From Candidatus Acidiferrales bacterium (lineage in GTDB: Bacteria > Acidobacteriota > Terriglobia > Acidiferrales > UBA7541), in assembly GCA_035295305.1 (NCBI GenBank), contig DATGJE010000252.1, forward strand, positions 1-35,383: a stretch of 35,383 nt of DNA, given 5' to 3'. Positions within the stretch are counted from its first letter, which is position 1, and every line of letters starts with the position of its first letter. Below are positions 1-7,662 of the stretch, one piece after another. The notes beneath the pieces are model-generated. The model did not search any database, had not been told where the DNA came from, and saw only the letters and a list, made by a program, of their open reading frames with translations. Position numbers and translations under genes: made by a program.

Positions 1-188
1 TGCACCATGATGGGAGCAGTCTCGGCCGCTGCCTGGCCCATTACGCTGCTCATAACTTTGCCAATGCCCCAAAACAGCAGCGGAAAGGCGATCACGGGGA
101 TGATGACCATGGAGCGGATGGTGCGTTTGTCGCGGAGCATATCGCGCAGCTCTTTGCGGTAAACGATCAGGGAATTGCGCAAGTTCAT
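1..188 (-). CDS. ABC-2 type transporter permease (NatB-like), N-terminal fragment; the gene continues past the left window edge
   Basis: Hand translation from the reverse-strand ATG at 186-188 gives MNLRNSLIVYRKELRDMLRDKRTIRSMVIIPVIAFPLLFWGIGKVMSSVMGQAAAETAPIMV. That is a basic cytoplasmic stretch followed by a first TM helix, typical of ABC-2 permeases. The ATG overlaps the TGA of the upstream ATPase gene (ATGA at 185-188), suggesting translational coupling. It is absent from the ORF track because no stop lies inside the window. Confidence 0.6.
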   Translation of the reverse strand, partial: MNLRNSLIVYRKELRDMLRDKRTIRSMVIIPVIAFPLLFWGIGKVMSSVMGQAAAETAPIMV

Positions 189-922
189 CGTGCGTCTCCC
201 GAAACTTCGACGAAGATTTCTTCGAGGCTGTCCTTGCGATAATTCTGGCGCAACTGGTCGAGCGTGCCTTCGGTACGCATTTTGCCGGCGTGAATGATGC
301 CGATGCGGTCGCAGAGCTTTTCGACTTCGGTCATAACGTGCGTCGAAAAAATAACGGTTTTGCCGCGGTCGCGGCACTGGCGAATGAAATCGGTGATGGA
401 GCGCGCGGCCATGACGTCGAGGCCGTTGGTAGGCTCATCGAAAATCATCACTGGCGGGTCGTGGATAAGTGTGCGGGCGATGGAGACTTTCTGTTTCATG
501 CCGGTGGAAAGCTTGGCGCAGCGGCGATCGCGAAACTCGTCCATGTCGAGGGCCTTGAATAATTCGTTGGTGCGGCGCTCGATGGTGGCCGAGTCGAGAC
601 CGAAAAGCTGGCCGAAATATTCGACAGTTTCCGCGGCAGTGAGGCGGTCGTAAAGAGCTGTCGCCGTGGAAAGAAATCCGACGTGCGCGCGGACCTTTTG
701 CGGCTCGCGAACGACGTCGAAGCCCGCGACGTTAGCCGTGCCGGATGACGGTGAAAGGATCGTGGCAAGAATACGCAGCGTGGTTGTCTTGCCCGCGCCA
801 TTCGCGCCCAGCAAACCGTAAATTTCGCCCGGCTTGCAGGAGAAGCTGACGCTGTCGACGGCATGGATGTCGCCGCGCTTTTTGTCTTTGAAATTCTTGC
901 ACAGATTGACCGCTTCAATCAT
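185..922 (-). CDS. ABC transporter ATP-binding protein (ABC-2/NatA-like exporter ATPase)
   Basis: 245-aa ORF with an ATG start. Motifs: Walker A GANGAGKTT, ABC signature LSTGMKQKV, Walker B VMIFDEPTNGLD and H-loop FSTHVM. It is followed by an overlapping permease gene. Confidence 0.93.
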   Translation of the reverse strand: MIEAVNLCKNFKDKKRGDIHAVDSVSFSCKPGEIYGLLGANGAGKTTTLRILATILSPSSGTANVAGFDVVREPQKVRAHVGFLSTATALYDRLTAAETVEYFGQLFGLDSATIERRTNELFKALDMDEFRDRRCAKLSTGMKQKVSIARTLIHDPPVMIFDEPTNGLDVMAARSITDFIRQCRDRGKTVIFSTHVMTEVEKLCDRIGIIHAGKMRTEGTLDQLRQNYRKDSLEEIFVEVSGDAR

Positions 923-1091
923 CGGCGCCTCTGCTACCTTGCATACGCGGGAAGCACCGGAATGTTACACGGAGCGGCACGATTTTCTGAGGAGAAAGTT
1001 TTTGACGGACGGCTTCAGTGCCGGCAATACCGGGTGGCGGAGTTTTACGAAACTATTTTGTAATTCAGCCAGCGATTTGACTCAGAGGAAT

Positions 1092-1168
1092 TGGGGTGAG
1101 CGACGGGATTTGAACCCGCGACCCTCGGTGCCACAGACCGATGCTCTACCAGCTGAGCTACGCTCACC
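1092..1168 (-). tRNA. tRNA-His (anticodon GTG)
   Basis: The reverse complement folds by hand as a cloverleaf: G(-1)-GTGAGCG-TA-GCTC-AGCTGGTA-GAGC-A-TCGGT-CTGTGGC-ACCGA-GGGTC-GCGGG-TTCAAAT-CCCGT-CGCTCAC-C-CCA. The anticodon loop CT-GTG-GC gives His. The encoded extra G-1 is a bacterial tRNA-His hallmark, and the 3' CCA is encoded. Length is 77 nt. Confidence 0.95.
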
Positions 1169-1179
1169 AGCGTGGAGCA

Positions 1180-1208
1180 ATGATAACATGCTGGCGCGGA
1201 CGGTAAAA
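1180..1208 (-). promoter_or_regulatory. Candidate sigma70-type promoter for tRNA-His
   Basis: The minus strand reads TTTTAC-(17 nt)-TATCAT, followed by 11 nt before the tRNA 5' end. The -10 lies at 1180-1185 and the -35 at 1203-1208 in plus-strand coordinates. This rests on hexamer resemblance only. Confidence 0.3.
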
Positions 1209-1300
1209 GATCGTGCAAATCGCGGCCAGTGGGAATTTTGCCGGGGGACTACACAAGAAACGCGCGAAGGAAAGCAGAAAAGATGTTGACGCAGCGAAGT

Positions 1301-2209
1301 TCAGTTTTGATTCTTGGGACGGAATGGAATCAGGATGGCAGCCGTTTGCGGTGAACGCGTCTTGTTAAGTTGCGAGCGCGCATAGTCGGCCCACGGTCCA
1401 TTCGACTGATGCTGAAGATAGAGTATCCAATGCTGCAGCGCGAGTTGCTTGTCGCCGTGTTTTTCGTAGGCAGAAGCGAGATTAAAATGCGCATCGGCGT
1501 GGCCGGGCTCGATTTCGATGGCGCGCGACAAATGCTCGACGGCTTTTTCAAACTCGCCGATTTCGTCCAGAATGCAGCCGAGATTGAAATGGCAGACGGC
1601 GTTCCGTGGATCGAGAGCAAGCGCGGTGCAGAAAGAATTGCGAGCGTTTTCCAATTCGCCGAGTTGGAAGAAAAGGCAGCCTAGATTGATATGCGGCTCG
1701 GACCATTCCGGCTGCAATTCAATCACGCGGCGGTAGAGGCGCATGGCCTCTTCGAGTTTTTCGGGATGAGCTTCAGATTTCAGCGCCTGTTCAAACAAAT
1801 CCTCGGCGGTTCGAGAGTCCATCTGGCGAAGGTTGGCGGCGCTCGCGAAAACGTGGTAAGGGAGGAGAAACTGTCCGGTCAAAGGCTCGATGGCCTGGCT
1901 TTCCGTTCCTGGAGGAATCGCTGCGATCTGGCGGCCGCTTGGAAACAGCTGCAATTCGCCAATAGGCGTCGCGTCCTCACCGCGTTCCCGGCGCAAAAGG
2001 GCGACGGCGCGGCAGACGGATTTCGCGGGAATTCGTCGTTGAGTGATTGCTTTTATTGAATGAAGAGCTACCAGGTCGCTGAAATTGTAAAAGCGCTCGC
2101 CCCAGCGCGCTTGAGGGACGACGAGGCGAAGCCTCTGCCAGTAGCGCAAACGGCTTGGCTCGACACCCACAATTCGACTGACTTCTGTTTGCGTGAAACG
2201 TTCTGGCAA
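1301..2209 (-). CDS. MerR-type HTH DNA-binding domain fused to a TPR repeat domain
   Basis: 302-aa ORF with a TTG start. The N-terminus FTQTEVSRIVGVEPSRLRYWQRLRLVVPQARWGERFYNFSDLVALHSIKAI fits the MerR HTH pattern (LRyW..gL..P.r..g.R.Y...dl..l..Ik). The C-terminal half holds several TPR-like repeats (AMRLYRRVIELQPEWSEPHINLGCLFFQLGELENARNSFCTALALDPRNAVCHFNLGCILDEIGEFEKAVEHLSRAIEIEPGHADAHFNLASAY). Confidence 0.8.
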   Translation of the reverse strand: MPERFTQTEVSRIVGVEPSRLRYWQRLRLVVPQARWGERFYNFSDLVALHSIKAITQRRIPAKSVCRAVALLRRERGEDATPIGELQLFPSGRQIAAIPPGTESQAIEPLTGQFLLPYHVFASAANLRQMDSRTAEDLFEQALKSEAHPEKLEEAMRLYRRVIELQPEWSEPHINLGCLFFQLGELENARNSFCTALALDPRNAVCHFNLGCILDEIGEFEKAVEHLSRAIEIEPGHADAHFNLASAYEKHGDKQLALQHWILYLQHQSNGPWADYARSQLNKTRSPQTAAILIPFRPKNQN

Positions 2210-2424
2210 ATCGCCCTTTTGCCGATTGACACGCGAGCCCGGACCCCGTTGCGGTCGAACTCGCTTTCTTTTGCTAAGACAATTATCCCCCCGGTGTCAA
2301 ATCCACCGCGGGAAATCTTGGCACACGGTTCCTTGCTTCCCTGCGTTACTTGGTACGCAGCGGCACCACTGCAGGAGAAAGGCGCACAGGCTGAGCTTGT
2401 GGCGCATGCGGGGCGCGGAGGCGT

Positions 2425-3759
2425 TCAACGGTTGTAGGGATACTCCTGAATCCAGTGGAAGCCGCGACTGACGAGCAAGAATTTCTTGGTGTCAAAGAGC
2501 TGAAGCTGCATGTGGATTTTGTGACTGTCCATTTGGCCGTCGAGGATCAGTTGATTTTGAGTTGGCCGCTGGTAAGTGAAATTCGCTTTCCATTTTTTGT
2601 CGCTGCCCTTGGTGAGCGTGATGGTTTTATCGTGCGCGTTTATCGAGATGGCGTAAGAAGCGAACGATTCGTCCATGTGTTGAAACACCATGAACGGGCC
2701 GCCGTACGACTCAAAGATGACCCGGCGCCAGCGGTCGTAGTCGTTGAGGAGCGGCGAGCGGACTTGGCCATCGGTGGACATTTGGCCGACGTCCCAAATG
2801 CCGTAGAGCGGCGGCTCGGGCGCTTTGTCGCCGTAAACGTACCGAGCACTCAAACTTCCGTAGGTGTTCATTCCCAGGAGAAAAAGACCGAAGGCAATTT
2901 GAGCGGCGAATCCGATGCGGTTCGCGCGACGCGGGCGGAAGAGTTGAGGCTGAGCGGAGGGCGCAGCAGCGCGATCTCGAAGAAAGAGGTTAGCCAAACG
3001 CGGAAGTTCGGGCGCGAGTAAAAACAAGGAGAGCAGGATCATGTGAAAGGAAAACAGTTTAACGGGAACGTCGTAGGCCATGTTGAGCATGAAGACGTTG
3101 GTCATATCGGCGAGGCAAACCAGCGCGCCGAGAGTTGTCGTGCGAGGAACAATCAGCAGAATGCCGCCGAGCGCCTCAGCGGACCCGGCGAAGATTTCAT
3201 ATGCTGGGGCAGCGCCGATGGACGCCCAGAGAACGCCCATCGGCGAGAGGTGGCCGAACGGCTCGAGTAATGTGGAGAAAAACGGGAAAGACATCTGCAG
3301 CGGAATGATTTTAGCGAAGGCATACGCAAGCATCTGGCCGGCAACGGCAAAGCGAATGAAAAGCCGGAACCATTTGTGCATGGTGACATAATTTTCGCGC
3401 CGCCGATCGAGAACAGACCAGATGCCAGTGGCGAGCGTGCCGAAAACCAACAGGCAAAATGCTTCCACCCAGTCGAAGGTTTTGTCGCCGCTGCCGCTGC
3501 CAGTATAAACAAGCGAATGTGTTATGCGGAAGACATGAGCCGCGGTCCAGAAGATGATCGGACGCATGGGCCAAAATGTGTCCAGGTTGGGAATCGAGAC
3601 ATTGGGAGGAGTTGGTATCAGGCCGCTGAGGACTTGCGTGACGATGCAGTAGAGTCCGAAATAAACGAAGCAGAAACGGAAGGCGACGCGAGTCACGAGA
3701 TTCCAGTGCGGAACCGGTGAGCTTGGCTGGGCTTGATCGATGTAGGTACGACTGGCCAT
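2425..3759 (-). CDS. Polytopic membrane protein of unknown function with a C-terminal soluble domain
   Basis: The track ORF is 2425-3837 with a TTG start. I prefer the internal ATG at 3757-3759 (MASRTYIDQ...), which is preceded by GGAG about 6 nt upstream. There are multiple hydrophobic helices (FRFCFVYFGLYCIVTQVL, AFCLLVFGTLATGIWSV, GGILLIVPRTTTLGALVCL, FHMILLSLFLLAP, IGFAAQIAFGLFLLGM). A roughly 130-aa hydrophilic tail follows (YGIWDVGQMSTDGQ...FHWIQEYPYNR). I recognise no family with confidence. Confidence 0.72.
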   Translation of the reverse strand: MASRTYIDQAQPSSPVPHWNLVTRVAFRFCFVYFGLYCIVTQVLSGLIPTPPNVSIPNLDTFWPMRPIIFWTAAHVFRITHSLVYTGSGSGDKTFDWVEAFCLLVFGTLATGIWSVLDRRRENYVTMHKWFRLFIRFAVAGQMLAYAFAKIIPLQMSFPFFSTLLEPFGHLSPMGVLWASIGAAPAYEIFAGSAEALGGILLIVPRTTTLGALVCLADMTNVFMLNMAYDVPVKLFSFHMILLSLFLLAPELPRLANLFLRDRAAAPSAQPQLFRPRRANRIGFAAQIAFGLFLLGMNTYGSLSARYVYGDKAPEPPLYGIWDVGQMSTDGQVRSPLLNDYDRWRRVIFESYGGPFMVFQHMDESFASYAISINAHDKTITLTKGSDKKWKANFTYQRPTQNQLILDGQMDSHKIHMQLQLFDTKKFLLVSRGFHWIQEYPYNR

Positions 3760-3921
3760 GCGGTGCTCCGACGTTTGTAGGGGAGACTCTACACCGGGAG
3801 ACAGGGGTGTGCAAGATTCTGGAGACTGGAGGTCCAACGCCGCGCGTTACTGGTAAGCACGGGCAGCGTTGCACGAGCGGCGCAGCTTGCTAGACTTCCC
3901 AATGGGGGAACGCTAGGCGCG

Positions 3922-5646
3922 ATGTCAATGGAGGCTTCCGCGAATAGGCAGCTTGAGAAGTTGGTGAATGTGGCGCGCCCTGTCGCGCTCGTTCTCGCGT
4001 TCCTCGCACTGAAGGAAGCTCCGGAAGGCGCCGCAGTTCGCGCTGCAACGATCTTCCTCGCCGCATATTTTTTTATCGCGACTGTAGTTATCGTGGCTGA
4101 GCGCGTCGCGCGCTTCGAGCGAATTTATTTTCCTCCGGAAATCGACGCGATTGCTCTCGCGATTTTCGTGGCGTTGACACCGTCATTGGCTCCGTTCTGG
4201 TTATTCTATTTGTTCGCCGTCTTTGCGATGGCAACTCTCGGACGGACGGGCAACGGCAAGTCCTCTCACCGATTGGTTCCCAACAACTTGTTCGCAACAG
4301 ACGCGGCTTTTCTGAGCGCGGGTGCTGCTGTAGCGGTGGCGATCCGCGTAGCGTGGTTTTCGGCCGATGGCCAATACGTGGCAATATGGGCGATCGGGCT
4401 GGCGGTGGCGACTTATTTGGCGGGGCTGGGCGTGGCGTGGTTGGGAATGCGCGAACGGACGCAGCTGGGCGAGGAGCGGTTCATCGAATCGCTGCTGAGC
4501 ATGATCCGCGTGGAAAAGGGTCTGGCGGAATCTGTACGGTTGGTGTTAAGCGAGATTGCGCGCGAATTCGATTGCGAGCGCGCGTTGCTGGTGATTTGTG
4601 ATGAAGAGATCGACCGGTTATTCGTCTGGAGGGGCGAGCAGGACCGGCGTCACGCGTTCCCGCCGGAAACGCTGGCGCTTACGCGAGCGGGCGCTTTTCT
4701 GGCTGAAGATCTTTCGCACAGCGTATGTTGGAATTCGCTGGAAGGAAAGGGGCAGGGATTTGGATGGGCCGCCCGGCAGGAAATTGGTGCAGCGGCGAAG
4801 GCGATGGAAGTTCCGCCCGCAGCGGCGCGGCAAGAGTTGGCTGCGAATCGCGTGATGGCTGTAACTATTCTTTCTTCCGGCCGTCCTACTGGACGGATGA
4901 TTCTGGTAAATGCGCGGCGTCCATTTGCGCGGGGCGATCTGCGCTGGTTCGAACGCATCGTCCGGCACTTGAATGTTCCACTGGAGAATGTGTTTCTATT
5001 GCGGAGTCTCCGCGCTCGGGCAGTGGAGGCGGAGCGCAGCCGCATTTCACGCGATCTCCATGACGGAATTTTGCAAACGCTGCTCAGCTTGAATATTCAA
5101 TTCGGCGTTCTGCGGCGAAAATTGCCGCAGGCACCTGAACAGGTGGGAAACGATCTGGCGGCCCTGGAAAAAACGGTTCGGGAAGAGGGCGACGATTTGC
5201 GGCAGATGGTGAAGGATCTTCGACCGTTGCGCGTGGAAAGCGCGGATTTGCGGGAAATGATGCATAGCTTCGCGGAACGGTGTCACGACGAGTCGGGGAT
5301 GGTGGTGGATCTCTTCCTTGAGGAAAACGACCTTCGAGCGCCGGACCGAATTTGCCGGGAGGTATTCCAGATATATCGTGAGTCACTCAACAATATAAAA
5401 AAGCATGCGCGGGCTAGCCACGTCGTGGTAAAACTATGGCAAGACGACACGAAAATCTTCCTCGTCGTCGATGATAACGGGCAAGGGTTCAGCTTTGCGG
5501 GGAAATTCGAGAGCGAAGAACTGGACCGTTTGCGCTTGGGTCCGATCTCGATTAAAGAACGGACTCGCACTGTGGGGGGGGTCCTGACGGTGGAATCAAA
5601 TCCGGGGCATGGTGCGCGTCTAACAATTGAAATCCCATTGAACTGA
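3922..5646 (+). CDS. Sensor histidine kinase, NarX/LiaS-like (membrane N-terminus, GAF-like middle region, HisKA_3, HATPase_c)
   Basis: 574-aa ORF with an ATG start. The N-terminus has several TM helices. The H-box is ERSRISRDLHDGILQTLLSL (HisKA_3 type) and the N-box is YRESLNNIKKHA. G-boxes are VDDNGQGF and GGVLTVESNPGHGARLTIEIP. The stop lies 1 nt before the regulator gene's ATG. Confidence 0.92.
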   Translation: MSMEASANRQLEKLVNVARPVALVLAFLALKEAPEGAAVRAATIFLAAYFFIATVVIVAERVARFERIYFPPEIDAIALAIFVALTPSLAPFWLFYLFAVFAMATLGRTGNGKSSHRLVPNNLFATDAAFLSAGAAVAVAIRVAWFSADGQYVAIWAIGLAVATYLAGLGVAWLGMRERTQLGEERFIESLLSMIRVEKGLAESVRLVLSEIAREFDCERALLVICDEEIDRLFVWRGEQDRRHAFPPETLALTRAGAFLAEDLSHSVCWNSLEGKGQGFGWAARQEIGAAAKAMEVPPAAARQELAANRVMAVTILSSGRPTGRMILVNARRPFARGDLRWFERIVRHLNVPLENVFLLRSLRARAVEAERSRISRDLHDGILQTLLSLNIQFGVLRRKLPQAPEQVGNDLAALEKTVREEGDDLRQMVKDLRPLRVESADLREMMHSFAERCHDESGMVVDLFLEENDLRAPDRICREVFQIYRESLNNIKKHARASHVVVKLWQDDTKIFLVVDDNGQGFSFAGKFESEELDRLRLGPISIKERTRTVGGVLTVESNPGHGARLTIEIPLN

Positions 5647-5647
5647 A

Positions 5648-6313
5648 ATGGTAAAAAGCAAAACGCCTGTCCGCGTTCTGGTTGCAGACGACCATGCGAT
5701 TTTTCGCGATGGCCTGCGCAAACTGTTTGAGGGCACCGATGAAGTGACGATTGTCGGTGAAGCTTCGAACGGGAATGAATGCGTGCGCATGCTCGCAAAA
5801 CTGAAGCCTGACATTTTGCTGCTGGATCTGCGGATGCCGGAAAAAGATGGGCTGGGAGTCCTCGAAGAAATTAATTTCGACTCCGTGACGACGCGCGTGA
5901 TTGTGTTGACGGCGGCCGAGGATGACCGGGACGTTGTTCGCGCGATGCGCCTGGGCGCGCGCGGAGTCGTGTTGAAGCAGTCGGCCAGCGATCTGCTGCT
6001 CAAGAGCATCAAGAAAGTTCACGACGGTGAAATCTGGTTGGATAATCGCATGACCGCCGAAGTGATTGACGCTTTCAAACGTTCCGCAGAAACCGGGCAA
6101 CGGCGTGACAAACCGCTGCTCAGCGATCGCGAAAAGGAAATCGTTCAGCTTGTCGCACAGGGTTTCCGGAACCGCGAAATCGGCGAGAAGCTTTTCATCA
6201 GCGAGCAGACAGTCAAGAATCACCTGCACAATATTTTCGATAAGCTTGGTGTTTCCGATCGACTCGAACTCGCGCTGTATGCGATTCACCACCGGCTGAT
6301 CGACCAGGCCTGA
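5648..6313 (+). CDS. Response regulator, NarL/FixJ family (REC domain plus LuxR-type HTH)
   Basis: 221-aa ORF. The REC domain reads VRVLVADDHAIFRDGL...DILLLDLRMPEKDG...VIVLTAAED. The LuxR HTH reads LSDREKEIVQLVAQGFRNREIGEKLFISEQTVKNHLHNIFDKLGV. Confidence 0.95.
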   Translation: MVKSKTPVRVLVADDHAIFRDGLRKLFEGTDEVTIVGEASNGNECVRMLAKLKPDILLLDLRMPEKDGLGVLEEINFDSVTTRVIVLTAAEDDRDVVRAMRLGARGVVLKQSASDLLLKSIKKVHDGEIWLDNRMTAEVIDAFKRSAETGQRRDKPLLSDREKEIVQLVAQGFRNREIGEKLFISEQTVKNHLHNIFDKLGVSDRLELALYAIHHRLIDQA

Positions 6314-6417
6314 TGCAAGCAACTGTGCCGACCTGCCACCCTTCCTTACTCCTATTTCATCAAACTTAGGGCATAAGATGTTCCGGGCCCGGACGTGCCG
6401 CAATACCCTAGAATCGA

Positions 6418-7662
6418 ATGTGCGCGATGGCTAGAGAGGATAATCCGCGAACGTGCCCGCAGTGTGGTGACCCTCTTCCCGCGGGCGCGACCGAGTGTCC
6501 GCGCTGCGACAACGGGTTGTTCGTGCTCCTTCACTCCCGGGAGATAGTGCTGTCACTGACGGCCGCAATCGTTATCGTTTTGTTTTTTCTTACCGGATTT
6601 ATAACGCGTGATTATCATCAGAAATTGGGCGCGCTCGGCAGGCAATGGTTTGAAGCAGGTGAGCAGCAACTGAAATCAGGCAACGCCGCCGCAGCGCTCG
6701 CCGATTTTCACACGGCGCTGGTTTACAGTCCCGACGACACTCAAATTCAGTTTCAGCTTGCGCAAGCTCTGGCTGCCGAGGGACGCAACAGTGAAGCTCG
6801 GGCCTATTTGCTCGAATTGCAAGCGCACGCGCCGTCCGATGCTCCGATTAATCTAGCGCTTGCTCGCATCTCGGCCGGCGGGGGTTTGGAAGCGGACGCT
6901 GTGCGCTACTACCATGGGGCAATATATGGAGTTTGGCCCAATGAGGCGGAAGCGAACCGGCTGAATGCCCGGCTCGAGCTTTGCCGTTTTCTAATTGCGC
7001 GCGGCGACACATCCATTGCGGAGGCCGAGTTGATCGCGCTGGCGTCGGAAATTCCTGAACGCAACGGAGCGTCCTTGCATGCTCAAGCAGGCGAACTTTT
7101 TTTGAGAATTGGGGATGCGAATCGCGCGCTCTCCGAGTTCGACGGTGCACTGACGGTTGCTCATCCACCGGCGAATGCGCTGCGAGGCGCTGGACTTGCG
7201 GCCTATCAAATTGGCGAATTTCAACAGGCAGAGCGCTACCTGGATCGCGCGCGCCGCTTGGGTAACAAAGATGCCGACGTTTCCGATGCTCTTGATATTT
7301 CACGGATGATCACGTCCGCCGACCCGTATGCGCCGGGACTGAGCGAGGCTGAACGTCGAGACCGCGCGCAACGGGATTTCGAGCAAGCGTTTGGACGCTT
7401 GCAATCCTGCGCGAAAAGCCGCGGCATCGATCTTTTCGCAAGCGGGGCGCCGCAATCGGAGTTGGTAACGCTGGGCACGCAGGCGAAGGCGCTGGAACCG
7501 CAATTAACGGATGAAAACCTAAGACGACATCCTGGCCAGATAGACGTGGCGATGAATTTTGTTTTCGTGACGGAAGATGCGGTTACGAAGGAATGCGGGG
7601 CGCCGCAAGGAATGGACGAAGCGCTGACTCTGATGGGTAAGTTCCCAGGCAGGGAACGATGA
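6418..7662 (+). CDS. Zinc-ribbon / single-TM / TPR repeat protein
   Basis: 414-aa ORF. The N-terminal CxxC-x10-CxxC motif is CPQCGDPLPAGATECPRCDN. One TM helix follows (IVLSLTAAIVIVLFFLTGFI), then TPR-like repeats (AALADFHTALVYSPDDTQIQFQLAQALAAEGRNSEARAYLLEL...). Its TGA overlaps the ATG of the ClC gene (ATGA at 7659-7662). Confidence 0.8.
   Translation: MCAMAREDNPRTCPQCGDPLPAGATECPRCDNGLFVLLHSREIVLSLTAAIVIVLFFLTGFITRDYHQKLGALGRQWFEAGEQQLKSGNAAAALADFHTALVYSPDDTQIQFQLAQALAAEGRNSEARAYLLELQAHAPSDAPINLALARISAGGGLEADAVRYYHGAIYGVWPNEAEANRLNARLELCRFLIARGDTSIAEAELIALASEIPERNGASLHAQAGELFLRIGDANRALSEFDGALTVAHPPANALRGAGLAAYQIGEFQQAERYLDRARRLGNKDADVSDALDISRMITSADPYAPGLSEAERRDRAQRDFEQAFGRLQSCAKSRGIDLFASGAPQSELVTLGTQAKALEPQLTDENLRRHPGQIDVAMNFVFVTEDAVTKECGAPQGMDEALTLMGKFPGRER

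Noticed and set aside
1092-1168. tRNA-His and tRNA-Pro (17592-17668) as integration sites of a genomic island
   Set aside because: No integrase or recombinase gene, no mobile-element genes and no visible direct repeat of either tRNA 3' end occur in the window. The flanking genes look like ordinary chromosomal functions.
5552-6403. 283-aa ORF on the minus strand spanning the whole response-regulator gene
   Set aside because: It is antisense to a gene with unmistakable REC and LuxR motifs. Its translation has no recognisable domain and is Arg/Ala/Gln-rich, as is typical of shadow ORFs in GC-rich DNA.
6314-6417. Possible fluoride (crcB-motif) riboswitch upstream of the ClC-containing genes
   Set aside because: I found no match to the conserved crcB-motif core by eye. 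The ClC also keeps Cl-/H+ exchanger-type residues rather than looking like a fluoride-specific CLC.
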